Assembly: GCA_002633005.1 (NCBI GenBank)
Contig: NMRA01000221.1
Span: forward strand, 498,290-562,289
Direction: 5' to 3'
Length of the DNA stretch: 64,000 bases
Source: Phoronis australis
Taxonomy: Eukaryota > Animalia > Phoronida
This document shows positions 42,208 through 55,599 of this stretch, in pieces. Position numbers and translations under genes: made by a program. A model generated the notes under the pieces. The model made no database searches, was not told where the DNA came from, and saw only the letters and a list, made by a program, of their open reading frames with translations. The number at the start of each line of letters is the position of its first letter. The stretch's first letter is position 1.

Positions 42208-45200
42208 AGACTCGGTCTACTGACACTACTTCGCAGTTTATGTGAAGTTAAAACGTTACCAAAGACTGTAATATGTTCGCTAAAAAACATCGCAAGGCTT
42301 CTCTCAACATGAACGTATCACCGCAATATCCGTTTGCGTCATTTCTCTTCTCATTGCGTTTTGCTCGACTTGAAAAAGCATACACTGAAATCTGTATTGC
42401 AATCCTGTTAAAAGGATTACAGACAGTCCTATGCAAACATTGCATTCAACGTGAGCACACCTCACAACAAAACACGTGTTGGTTCGTAGGTCGGTAAAGG
42501 ACCCAGTTGATTACGGCTCTAGGCCTATACATGAAGAAACGCGTTAATTTATTCATAGAAGCTCCCAACAAATGTGACCCATTTAATCGTGCCTTCTCTC
42601 TTAAAGAGGGCTGTTTCGTCTTACCGACGACGGGTATCACACTTTTGTGGTGCCATCTCAGGGCAGCAATGTAGTCGAGTACACTCGTATGCAAAATCTA
42701 ATCGCTATGCTAAAGGAATGCTATCACAGGCATGGACATAAGAACAATGATATGAATGTATATGATAGCATACTAGGGGGACGCTACCGTCGGGGCTGGC
42801 CGATTTTGTCCAATCAGATTGCTCCATGGCACACAAGAAAACCATACAGCTAAGCCAAAACCCAATTAGCTACAAAACGTTTGTTTTTGTAGTCTTGCAC
42901 ACGTATCAGGTTTAGACATTGGTAATTGAGGCAGTAGACAAATTTGCCTTCGTCACTGCCCATCGTCACAACTCGGTGTTACCCTTGTTCGTAGCAAATT
43001 TCAACAATTTCACATCCAGTCGTCACCATATTCCTCGCTCCCCCGGTGGTCCCACATTTCAAACTTTAGCGATGGACACGTGACCACTTTTGATCATGGC
43101 ATCTTCGGCTTTCCACGGCTCTGTTATTTCTACATGTAACTCACATCCTCACGACCATGAAATGACGTGAGCTATGAGTTGTGCTCTCGCACGCGACAAA
43201 AATGTTTACAGTGTCTGAAATTTTCTCGTCTTCATATACCCCCTCGTTTCTTTTCGGGCCTCTTTTTCAGCCCTAAACTTCAGAGTCGCCTGCCGCCACT
43301 GATCTTTCTTTAGTGTAAGTTTCCTTGTTATCGTGTTTCCTAGTTACTTTCGATCAATCCGGCAGACTTCAATCATGCATCTGACAATGAATATTCAAAA
43401 CCATTTGCATCTTTTTTTAATTTCACACAATTCCACTAGCGAAGTAATTTTAAGTTCCTGTTAAATATTGATTTTTACTTTGTGTCTGTTGAATATAATT
43501 AATAAACGTTGTCAATGTAATTAGGCTTGGTGATCAATATAACATATGAAAAGGAGGGTGTAATTACAAAGATAATGTTTCTCTCGTCTCTTGGCTGATA
43601 GACAGGTATTAATTGCACCGTCATGCCTTTCAAATTCAGCTCACTGTAAAAGCAGCTCGGTAGAAGTAACATTATAACGATATCTTGGGCTTGCCCTCAA
43701 TACATGTGAATTTTCTGTAATTGCAAGTTTGGACAGATACGGTGGGGATAACACCTGTGGAAAATGGTTCTGGCCAATGAATTCCACACCAAAACGTTAC
43801 GTTCATAGCTTGTCATGTCCATCTATTTAGCTTATCGTGTTTGTCATGAAGTGTGAGTGTTTGCATCATAAAATATTCAGCGCAACACGCAGATTAGCTG
43901 TGATGCAATCTTACGTACTTCCTTCACTAATTCAGGACACGATATTATCACCGATTAGTTTAGACTTTTGTTCATGAAAATAGCGAAAATGTGATAACAC
44001 AAAGGCGTTGATTCGTTAGGCCACTATACACGTCATCAGCTTAATGTGCACGGGTGGGTGAAAAGTGCACTTGCCCTGCCCCTCGTTCTGACATCCTAGA
44101 TGCACCAGTTTACTGTCGGATCTTGAATTCCCCTTGTCCCCCAGCTTAGCCCAATCACCTCTGAATCGATTTCAGAGATTCTATAGAAACTGAAGCAAAA
44201 TTTTGCATATTTTTTACAGTTATTCGGTTTCACTGACGTCAATATGTCGGTTTTCAGTTTTAAAAAGTGTGAAAAAGATCGATTCTGAGCTGAGGTCATT
44301 ACCACGGTTTGAAGCCTAGAAATCAACATACTGACCGAGAGTGAAAGTCATATGCCAGTACATCGGCTAAGAAATTCGTGGAATGAGACTCTATGTTTGA
44401 GCTTTCGATCAGTCACCCGCCTGTTCTTACTCAAAGCGTTGTGGAGAGATTTTGAAAATATCCAGAAGTCCGGAATCTTGTGAACCTTGCCACCAAACTT
44501 TATTCGAGACTCGACTGGAAAGTCGACGCATCTCATGTTGGAAGAGTTTTCTCAGTTTTAGGCCATGTGATTGGTCAATTTTTGACATGGCTCTCAAAAA
44601 AGGTTTTGGTGGTAGCGGGTCCGGATCCCTCCGCCACATATTCGATGGTGAAGACGGAATTGTTCTAAAAACTTCTAGAGTCCCACACTCCACAAACCCG
44701 TCGACCCACGACCCCCGCGACCTACAACCCCCACGACCTGCGGCAATAGATGTATCTGTGCGCTTTCTTACGTCGCTGGGTGACTTTTCCATAACATTTA
44801 ACTTCACGAATCTCCTCAGGCTCAAGACTGGTGGTTAAAAACAGAATGTGGTATAAGAACATGATCTGAAATGGCATATCGTGAGCGCGCTATCGTTGTT
44901 ACGGAAACAGTTCCGCGAGCGGCTTGCAATGACCCTGTTCTACCATAGATTATAGGGACTGCCAACTCCCGTCAGAGCGCGTCGAACATGTTGCAGACCA
45001 AGGGAAATAAGCACTGACGACGAGAGGGCGCTGCAGACGCAGGATAGAAAACTTCTGATTTTTCGGATGGGCAGTCACTTTTTTCAAGGTTTGGTTAAGT
45101 AAATAGTCGAATTGCTCAATTTTCGAAATTTTTAAGACTTGAAAAAATAAAATGGGTATATTGTTCTCCGTCATGTCATTTACAAACATTCAAAAGATAA

Positions 45201-46990
45201 TTCGGCCATGTTATGAGTTATTAGCGCCACAAACGTCTTCAGTTGATCTTCCCGCGTAACCTTGTTTACAATTTCAGTCTCATCAGCTGATTTTTTGAAG
45301 CAAGTAGTGTTAGTGTTTGTTTGAATTCAGAACCGTACGAATCAACTTATAAAAATAAACAAAACTGGTTCAATACACGACACTTGTCGCTGTTAGCAAT
45401 CTTTATTCCATTCCGTGTGTATCCTCGGAACAAGTTCGACACTCAACAGAACAGTGCTAAAGCAACTGTCCAAGACACATGACTAAAAGACACACGGTAT
45501 TTCGAAACAAACTTGTTTCATTATCAAGTGGAAATAAAAAGACGCAGTAATATCACCACAGAGCAAAAGCTAGTAAAATACCCAGTGGGACACAGCAGGT
45601 GGGAAATATTGCAGACTGAAAAATGGAGGGGCAGGGTTAATAGGAATACCGCGCAAACAAACGCAGCGTAATCCTGTTTGCCCTTTATTTAAAACAGACT
45701 TCTCGAATGCTATCAAAAGGTACAGCAATACTTTCAATCGCAACACATTGTGCTCTACGTATCGAATTGACGTGTTCTCCAATTTCTTGACAAGTGACAG
45801 TTATGACTATGAAGATAGGCATGCCCATTAAGACTTAATGTTCATTTCTCTCTTTCAGTGTCTGAACATGCTCTTCTCCCAGGCTTTTTTAAAAAATGAG
45901 CAAATTTTCAGTATCGCCGCACTGAACGTGAATATTCACTTGTCAAAATAGAATCAGTTCCAGTATTGAGTAGAGGAGAAATAACCTGCGATTGAATCAA
46001 AGAAGTGAAATTTTGAAAGGGCCTAACTGGTATTTTCTTTAACGAGTATCTATGGTTCTAGTAACCTTATGAAGATATTAGGCTTACGTTAACGTGTATA
46101 AGCGTAATTTCAAATTTTTACTATTTGCGTACAGTCGTATACTGGTTTACAATTTACAACATGCACCGCTGAGATGCTTTTTAGGTAACACTTTGTTTTT
46201 TCAAACTGTATTTACTGAGGAAATTGCATATTCGTGGCCTTCTCGCACTCTCCCCCAAATAGCTTGAATCTGCCATTTACTGAAGAGCAGACGGTTACAC
46301 TCTGCCAGGACCAAGACGATTTGTAACACTGAAATGGATTTGGTAGCGCTGTTTTTTTTTTTTTCTGACTTTAGCTTTCAAACTTGCAGAATCGACTCTC
46401 TTAATTGCAAAAATAGGGAAAAACCAGTCAAGCTCATACTGGTTGGTCCTGCGAGTCGGAGCTTGTTCCATGTTTAGATCTTGTCGAGCTTGTGTAAACT
46501 GTACTGTCACAAGTCGAGAAGGTCGTAGGTCGAGGGCGCTTAGAACAATCTGTAAAGTAAAAATAAGTGTGCCCATACTTCCAGTGAAGGGTGAGATAAA
46601 CTTCCATCATTTACGAGCACGACTAGCGGTCACATTTGTCATTTTTATGAGCTTCAAGGCTTACTACACTGTACCCACGGTTGACCTGGTGGGGCTGTTA
46701 GTGTAGGCCCGCATCTCCTATCAACACGACCATGTACCCATCAGGACGTCGTTTTAGGGCTTGAGGGAACACTTTCCTTCGAATATTTTGGTTGCCCCCT
46801 CTCTTGACATTCTAGATCCACAAGTGTATACTACTTAAAAACTTTGTTGATGGATTTAACCTAAATTTGATAATTCGGAAATTAAAAGAACCAGTTCGTT
46901 AATTTATTTGGTTTAACTATTCTTGGTGACATATAGTTTACATAAACAATTTACTGAGGAAAGCAAGCAGTGTCTACCATATGCTCTTAA

Positions 46991-47150
46991 CAAGGGCGGA
47001 TTCAGTATTTTCAGTTAGGGGAACCAGGACGGAGTATTAGCCAGGAGTTTGCTCATCAGACATTCGCACCCCCGAACTACCAAACGGGACCTGGGAAAAT
47101 TTTAGGGGCGGGGGGCATGGCCCCCTTGGCCCCTCTCAAATCCGCCACTG
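46991..47150. mobile_element. CAGTGGCGGAT-type MITE
   Basis: CTTAA|CAAGGGCGGATT ... AATCCGCCACTG|CTTAA. Confidence 0.85.
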
Positions 47151-49914
47151 CTTAATAGCAGAACTTTTCCACCTTTGCAGCTACGAAGACTGTACATAAT
47201 AGTTTTGTATTGCCTCATATTAGTTATGACATATTGAAATTCCAGAAAACATATTGTTAGACTGATCACATCTAGTTATCGTAATGCCCGTAAGGATTTT
47301 CTATTTATGACTACGAAGATACTCAAAATTATGGACTTATGTGTGAACACGTTCATAACCACCTGCTTTCATACATTTAACATTTAACATAGTTACCCAC
47401 GGGTTTGTTCAACAACATTATACTAGCCAGAATGTCATCTGTCCTTTGCAAAAGAGTTAGTCTACAATGTCTTAACAAATCATTGTGTGTCAGTTTTTTA
47501 CTCAATTATTAATTTATGTTATTAATTATTTTACAAATGCGTGTTATGAAAGTTATAATCTTGAGTGGATCTTTCCCAAGTGCATGGTATGTAATTATTT
47601 TTAAAAATTCTCTAGTTCAGTTTTTAACGTATATTGCCGCTTCATTGACATTGACCTTAGATTCATTATACCGGGGCGGAAATAACCAAGCCAGTTGTTG
47701 AGCGTGCTGCGATTTTAAATAATTACTAGTGATGTACACTGGGAAGTCATTACGCGATCGCGAGCGTTTCTTAGATGTTGTATAAAAATATTGGTTATCG
47801 GCAATGTGGTTGATACAAAGGTATATCGGGCAATACAGACTGTAACACGCCCTAGATATAATACGACAGCGATTTTGGTGCATCTGGACATTGGCTTGAA
47901 GCCAATAACGAGTACATCGCAGACGTCACGAAATTCGGCTTTTTTGCAAAGCGCTATGGGAAAGTGAAATTGTTTTGTTATTTGCTATCGGGTGAGTACA
48001 ATGAGGCACCAGCCTATATCTGAGAATGTGTAGACAACAAGTGTTAAATTGCAATCAAAAGACCACAGTGGTCATCCAGTGTACAATTGGATAGGAAAGG
48101 TAGTTTAGAAAGTCGGACTATTTTGAACTTGTCTTTTTTGAAGACGTAGATTGCTGCCTTTGTAATATCTTATAGACATGACAGTTAGAATTTGATGGGT
48201 TGAGATTTGGAAGCGGGTTTGAGACAATCTTCGGAGCAGTTGTTGGAGTTATACCACAATATAGCGTGCTATTGTTGTTATAATATTCAAAGCCGGTCTT
48301 TTACTAGTTTGATATTGACGTCGTTCAAACAACAACCGTTAAATGTGTTACAAAAGGTCATGTCCGCTAGTCGAAATAAGTTTTGAGAACACTTAAAACT
48401 CCAACGAACTTGACAACAAGACCATGACCGTTTCTTCGGATAAACCGGTTGTCTTCATTATCTTGAGTTTTTTGACAATCGCACATTAACAAAATGTTAA
48501 CACTGTTAGTTGATAAAATGTTGGTCGGATAAAAGTGAAAATACTGAATAACCAAAAGGAAATAAACAAAACAATACAACGTGTGTTTACGACTTCAATT
48601 CGGTGGCATTATCAACGAGTTAATGAAATGTGTAAAACCAGTTCGGTCAAAACTCTACCAAAACGAGGATTCACTTTACAATTTATCGTTTCTTCTCAGT
48701 TTTATCAGAGCTCATTTCAGATTTTACAAATTTGAATTTTCGGTCCCTTCAAGGAATTTCTTGGCCGCAAGCCGGCCTATTTACGTGATCTTCTCTAGTT
48801 CCATTATGTGAAATGGATTCAGGGATGCGGTCTACAAAGCAACTCTCTCGCAAGAAGCCTATAGTGAAAAATCTTGGGCTTCGTCTGAAGGATTATCTAA
48901 AAGTACTTTGAAAGTGGTGTGCCTTCAGATCCCGGTAGAGGAGACCCGGGGGCCAAATTTCTGGCCGCCTTTTACTCAGACTAATTTTAAACTTAAGAAC
49001 AACTTAATACAATTGATGACAATCACTCCCCGTTTACTTCACAAAATTGACATCCATTCTCACTCACTCCATCTTTCCATTACTTTAAACCATAAGTTTG
49101 TCATTACGCTGAAACGGCGGCCATTTTGCGCTAGAAATTAATATCGTGGGCTTAACAGCGGCTGAATATTGCGTGATCTCGCCGAAGTCATAAAACACTG
49201 TATCCTTACTGCGAGAGTCACTCGAATGTGTTCGCCGACAAAATGGGACCCTTTGCCCGGTGTCTTGAGGCAATCCCTAATAGGGGCTCGATTAAGTTCC
49301 CTAAATCTACTGCAAACATGTATTTGTGGAAGTGCGAAAATACCAATTGTCTTTTCTTGTAATGTTTTAGTTTCATTACTACTAAATCGAGAGTAAAATC
49401 TACCTTGAATTATTGTAATATTTTTATGCAGTGTCCCTGATTTAAGGACTACATCCCACATTACTTGAGCTCGGTTTTATTTATTTTATTAGAAAATGTC
49501 GCTAGTCAAAGATGAGCTCATATTAAAGATCAAACGATAGAAAAACATCACTGCTGTGAGTAAAGAAAAACAAAAATATAGGCAAAAAATTTAAAGAACT
49601 TGGATGAGTCCCTTTTTGGGACTGTTTCATGCAACGCGGCAATGGTTTCTATGAGCGTGCTCATGCCATAAACTATACGGAGTGGTCGACAGAGATAATG
49701 ACAATGCGTGGATCTGCCTAGTTTTCTATCAAATACTTTTACTAACGAGATCTTATTCCACGGTAGGCCCAAAATAATTGGTTCTGCTCAATCAATGCGG
49801 TGACTTTGGGGTAGTTTTGGCTCACCTTGTTCCAGCTGAAATGTCAGGGACAATGTCGCTTTTTTACCCATCAAATGCTAGGTTTTGGGCGCTGGAACAA
49901 AATGAATGGCGCGG

Positions 49915-50195
49915 AGACCAGAGGCTGGGATCTAATCCTTTTACTCAAAATTGAACTCGACATTGTCTTTAACATTCTCCGTTCGACTTGAGTGTGAACT
50001 TAAGATAAATATCTATTATTCTGCGCGCAAGTACTGTATACTCTCGGTTTAAGTGGATGTAAATGTAATCTTATTTGGCACATGATGACCCCAGCATAAA
50101 GCCACAAGTTCGAGTCAGAACTCGGAATTTCGAGATTTTTCTCGAAATTTGGAACTTTCACTCGAGTTTGTAGCTCGAATCTAGGGGTCATCAAA
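49915..50195. repeat. Dispersed repeat (CTCGA-rich MITE plus flank)
   Basis: Reverse-complement similarity to ~63075-63345; the CTCGA-rich core alone recurs at ~51932-52040. Confidence 0.65.
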
Positions 50196-50662
50196 TGTGA
50201 AGTTGGAAAAGATTCAAGCTTAGAATTATAGACAATTTTGTAAAAGTCGTATTTGTAGAGAACGGTGACGTATAGCTCGATTTCGAATAAAAATTAGAGC
50301 CCGGCCTAAAACTAATTATTCTATTTTTGCCTTTATCCGTTTTGTGTCATCGGCGTTCCCATGGTGCACGCACTCCTACGTACTTATACATTTACCGTCA
50401 GGGGTGCTTTAGACCCAAGTCAATCGCGAGTGACGCTAATGCGATTAGGTGCTAATGGCAATATGTCGCGAGGGCTCGCCTTTCTCGTAAGAAACTTTGG
50501 TTGATGTCAATGCGCTGCCAAAGTCCATTCCAAAGACCCAAAGACAGTCTCGAGCAAGCTAGTGAGGTCATGTGCTTCGCTTGTAATACGTGCTTGGCGT
50601 TATTTCGCGAAGACTTGTGTGTCTGTGTTTTCTCGAGATTTCTGCGTCTACGGTACGTACTG

Positions 50663-50812
50663 CCTCCCGTTCAGTAACACTGGGACCTCGCTAAAAAGCA
50701 AGACTTCGCGAGATTACGAGAGATATTACCTTGTATTTTTAATGAGAACACATGACTTTGGCTAGGTTTAAGCTAGGTCCTAGCGTAGGTCCTAGCGTAA
50801 CTGACTGCACGC
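50663..50812. mobile_element. ~150-bp CTAGGACCT MITE copy
   Basis: Collinear with 31121-31268. Confidence 0.8.
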
Positions 50813-52256
50813 CAGGTCATTCTGTGATTCCACATGTGATCTTAAAAGATTCTGCTTTCTTTCCTAGTTTCTTTGGGTTCTTTGGCGACAATGATAAGTA
50901 AAATGTGCCAAGGTGAACATAACTCAAACTATATTATCCCATAAAACACGTTAGCAGTTGCTCGGAAGTCTTTCAACAGCAAATCTTCAATTTCTTTACT
51001 TAAATATGTTTTATTTCGCGTGTTTTCATAAAGCTGCGATACCATTGACAGTCGACCTCCATGTTGAACCACGTGACCGTCATGACGTAGGCCTATATGA
51101 ACAATTACTCGCAAGGTCCCTTTACTCGTCGCAAATGTGCGTAAATTTAGTGCTCACAAATGACACCTGAAAACGTAGTAGTCGGGTAACAATTATCCCC
51201 ACCCCCAAAAAACTGCTTTGTGTAATAGATATACATGTAGTTTCCTGATTATCGAGGTTTCAAAGCGGATTTGGAGAGGCAGCTGTGTAATGATGTTTGG
51301 CCGAGATCACTCGTTAGAGACTGAACGAGGAAATCAATCGGATAATTAGACAAACACTAAAACCTCAAAAGCTTTTCAAAATAATTAAAGCTTTACGTTT
51401 AATGTCAATAAAAAGCAAACATGAAAGTCAAACTAGGAAGTCCAGAAAAAAATGAAGCCCAACCGGCTGTCTAGCAAAAAAAGCTCGATATTGCTGAAAG
51501 CGTTGAACTTATCTCGCACGGCTGTACAACATTCGATTTCGCTCCCCAGTGCTGATTATTCATGCAGCGAGATGTGCTTCGGATGTTCTAATCTCCCCTA
51601 CACTCAAGAGAACATCTCTCTTGGCTTTTACGCCGCTTTCCAATTACAAACAGCTGATGTGGAAAGCTTGTCGGTTTAAACTAATCTTACCGCTGGTGCA
51701 AGTCAACAACGTCAGGAAAAGTCGACTTCTAATAAGATCGCAAAAACGCAAAGGATTTTGCTGTATTACAGCTCAGGGCCAGGGTGCTAATCTTTGTACT
51801 CGATATCGATCTCGAAATTATTTTTGCAATTTTCTATTACACGTTTGTGGGAGCTCAAGGGAGATGTCTATTATTGTGTGCCCTACTGCATTACGGTTTA
51901 TTCATATGCGTTTCAAGCCCAAGTTTGTACTTGGTGACCCCTAAGTTTGAGTACGAAATCGAATAAAAACTCGAGATTTCGAAAAAAACTCGAGATTTTG
52001 AGTTCAGACTCGATGTTTTAGACTTTATGCTGGGGGACTGCCAAGAACAGAAAAATAGAAACTTACCGTGAGTTCTCACAAAAGTAGACAAGAAAATGGC
52101 TACAATAATTTCCACTTGGATTTCATGTACAAATATTAGACTCCGAGCGAAATCTATTAAGTTAAAGAAGTCAAAAGTACCCAACAATAATCCTAAAAAT
52201 GCAAATTCGGCCTTGACCTATTGTACGACACCTATGTCTACCCTGATGGAGCTTAA

Positions 52257-53905
52257 AGGCGAATGCCACCCGTTTTAATTAGTCTTTTTACCGTCTTAAT
52301 CGGTCTATATCTACATCGCCTCTTATACGGTAGACCTCACCTTGCCGAGATTTGTCGTGTTAACCTGTGAGGAAGGTGGACGTCAGTGGTTCGTCTGCAG
52401 AGTGAATGCCGCTATATTGCGGTGCATCGTGCCCGCTTTTCCGAACTACATGTATATGAAGCTGCGAAGAAAGCGGGTATGTCGTTTTTTCGACTTCCTC
52501 GAGAGCCCGAAATGCTTAGGAAGTGGCTCGCGGTAGTGAAGAATGAAAGTTACGCTGTTAATAGGAAGTATGAGGCCGTGAAACATCTCCATGTCTGTGG
52601 CCGGTATTTCGTTGACAATGATTTCTCTGACGAATTCCGGCTTACCAAAGAACTATCCATCCGTTCCGTTGCCTGTGCATCAGTGTTCACGGCGCCTCGT
52701 CTCTCTTGATCAGTGTATTCCGGTTCGAAATGATATTCTGTGGAACCTAACGATCCTACCCGTGAAGTCTTCGTCGGATGAGCTCTTGACTAAGTCGGGA
52801 TTGGCTCCGGGCGAGTTCAGTTGCCATGTAGACGTTTCTTATTCTGCGTTCTGTTTCAAAATGAATTATTCTCATCCTAACCAATGCTTATATAAAACTG
52901 AAACAAAGCCTATCTTATTAGATACAATTTGTAATGTCTTGGAGTGCTCGTGAGTGCAAATGTTTGAGAAGCCAGCAATGAATAAACCACTGCCTTACCG
53001 GCTTTTGATGCCGGCAACAAAGTAATTGGGGCACCGAGCGCATGCTAATTCAGTGTTGGCTGACAGAAAGCTGTTGTGAAACAATTACTCGATTTTATAT
53101 GATATGGTCACATGTTAGGGGAATCTTTATTTAGAAATACAAATACATTATTCAAATCGTTGTTACTGTACAACCTTTGCCCTGACGGTCTGTGGAAGTG
53201 GAACGTGACTTGGCGGCCCCCGACAGTAAGTAGATTTTCAGTTTCGTGGCTAATTCAGATAAATAATTACGTACACATTATTCCTTCGGCTCACTATTAT
53301 AGTCTTTTCGTGACTGGAGGTTTAGTTTCCAACTCAAGCTGGTCTATGTTCGTGGCAGTCCCGGCGGCCGCGACGGGCCTCATCTGGGTCCGAGCCACTG
53401 GCCGGGATAACAAGCGTTTTGTGTGTTTAGAACGAAAAAAATCACAAGTATTAACAATACAGATCTAGGTTTTCTTGTCTGTATTCTACGGAAGAATATA
53501 TGAATTTATCTCCGAACAGACCCCAAACTCCCGGCTGCTACGGCCCTTGGTAAATTGGCCTGCCGAACTTTGTAGGCTATGGTGTGTCCAAATACCAGTA
53601 AATGCGTAACAGAGAAATAAAACAACACGTTTTTATAAGAACTCGGTGTATTTTTAAGGGTTTTACATCGAAGTTTGATGATTTATTGGTGTTAAACGAT
53701 GAATACAAGCAATAAGCCGACACCACTAACCCGTGTTTTGAACTGCTGAAAAGACTGCGTGTGAAACCAATTACGTCATTGGATGATTTCAACACCTCCG
53801 TCTGCCGTCAGGTGTCAGGTTGCGCAACCTAACGTGCCGTTTACGAGTAGAACTACTCGATCTAAATTGATACAAAATATATTGTTTGTTGGGTGGCGTT
53901 CTCCT
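52257..53905 (+). mobile_element. Non-autonomous Kolobok-like DNA transposon carrying a decayed THAP domain
   Basis: TTAA|AGGCGAATGCCACCC ... GGGTGGCGTTCTCCT|TTAA (15-bp imperfect TIR, TTAA TSD). Internal MPLYCGASC, then frameshift to GMSFFRLPREPEMLRKWLAVVK...HLHVCGRYFVDNDF (THAP; last Zn-ligand His replaced by Tyr). No transposase core seen. Confidence 0.8.
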
Positions 53906-54345
53906 TTAATGGAATTTTCAGGTGTTTTTATTGAGGAGAGTACGACGGACGTGGCTTTTGGTTGGAATCTGCGGAGTACCCTGGCGGAAAAATTGTTTTC
54001 TTTTCTTTGAGTTTGTCTTGATATTTAATCAATTTTTTTATGGACGTTTATGAACTAGGTTTTTTTACAGATTTGACCTACGTTGCGCCCCCTAGTGGCG
54101 TTATGTGTTTGATCTTTTTCACCCGCCTCCGTATCCTCCAAACTGCGTGAACAATCATGATGAAAAGTAGCAGATGTGTTCATATTGCCGGCCGTTGCTG
54201 ATTTATTTTTCACCTCGTAGAATTTACTGACATTGCTCCTTTTATTGGAAATGTTTAAAAGGCTGACCATCTGTTATATCGGCGCTGTATGCGATGCGCA
54301 GAGTAGACGCATATCAACGATCCGTGCTACATTCTGTTTAACCAG

Positions 54346-54496
54346 CCTTCTGTTCAGTAACGCTAGGACCTCACTAAAAAGCAAGACTTCGCGAGATTAC
54401 GTGAGATAGTGCCGGGCATTTTAAATGAGAGCACGTGACTTTGACTGGGTTTTAGCTAGGTCCTAGCGTAGGTCCTAGCGTCTACTGAACGCACGC
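54346..54496. mobile_element. ~150-bp CTAGGACCT MITE copy
   Basis: Collinear with 50663-50812. Confidence 0.8.
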
Positions 54497-55599
54497 TAGC
54501 TAAACTTTAAGTATAGTATCGGAAGAGCTGCCTTGAACTCTCTGTTGCCTTGAGGCCTTTAATGACAGTCGTGAGCTTTCAATGAAATAATAGTGATTAA
54601 AAATATGTCTCTTGTCGCTGACACAATCGATAACCTTGTAGCAGATAATTAGCCTATCAAAATGGTTTAGAGGACGTGATATTTCGTCTTATAGACATTT
54701 GATTTCGTGTCTTTAACGCGATGCAAGTTATACTGTATACACGTACGCTGTTTAACAAAACAGGATGTCCCAAAATGTGTTCACCCGTTAAATGGCAATG
54801 GCTGCTTGTCTATTGGCTTAGAAAGAAGATTCCTAGATTAAATTCATAAAGATGTGATCAAAAACGGTGCTTCTTATAGTAATCGCAGAGAGCTACAAAG
54901 CAGTAACACAACTTCCCCCCAAATTATTTTTTATACTCAGACAACACTCATCTGAAACTTAGGCCTGGAACGTGAGAAAACAGACTAAATTGCATTATTC
55001 AAATGTAAGCAAACCAATGGCGACGTCAAGCAGCAGCTGATTAAGGGGTAATTGATGTGAGTCCTAACTTTTTAAAATTAGTTATAACAGTCTCGTGGCA
55101 TTCAAATATATTCTAAAATGCAATTGGAATTATTTTGGGAAAATTGCTTGCTTTACGGACTTGCTTCATGTTGTGCTGTCGACTTCAGATTTGGAGTGCA
55201 GTCACACTTTGTTCGTAAGTGGGAGGCAGGTTACTAGAAACTCTGTGGTGACTACAGTTCTCCTTCGCCGGTACTTCAAATCTCGTGAATTTTATTGGTT
55301 TTTTCGAAATTCCCTCACATGGGAAAGTGAATAACTCTGTAGTAGACGGTGCGAGATGGTATTTTTTTCTGGAATTGTTTAAAAGATATATTTTTACGAA
55401 CTTTCTTGTTCCACGCCTCTTTAAACAGTTGTTCGAAGCCTTTTCACCCATTAACAATTCTTAGATTTGTTTTCATGATTACTTTAATTTGCTTTTATTT
55501 TCGGAAAATCAGACCTTCAACTTCCCCGTTGAACCACCTGGCCATCAGGTAATTAAGTTATCCCCAAACAACTTCGTAGGTTAAGTTATAATTCGACAG

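Larger units (their letters stand above)
36111..48543 (-). pseudogene. Decayed multi-exon locus or loci, possibly SEFIR-receptor-like
   Basis: Minus-strand blocks with AG acceptors and/or GT donors and protein-like but stop-interrupted frames: 48543-47530, ~46550-46440, ~44830-44430, ~39280-38357 (D/N-rich), 37596-37060 (QVVILQCTCPSHLCVGHILVLAKFFAYMHDFKAGVV, SEFIR box-1-like), ~36885-36810, and an open terminal exon 36329-36111 (NYMSHRNSRE...VIPQQL*). May be more than one gene. Confidence 0.35.

Noticed and set aside
44427-44838. Overlapping 132-aa (minus) and 128-aa (plus) ORFs as an intact gene or antisense pair
   Set aside because: The minus frame has plausible splice ends, but the neighbouring blocks are stop-interrupted and no family is recognisable; kept only as part of the low-confidence pseudogene.
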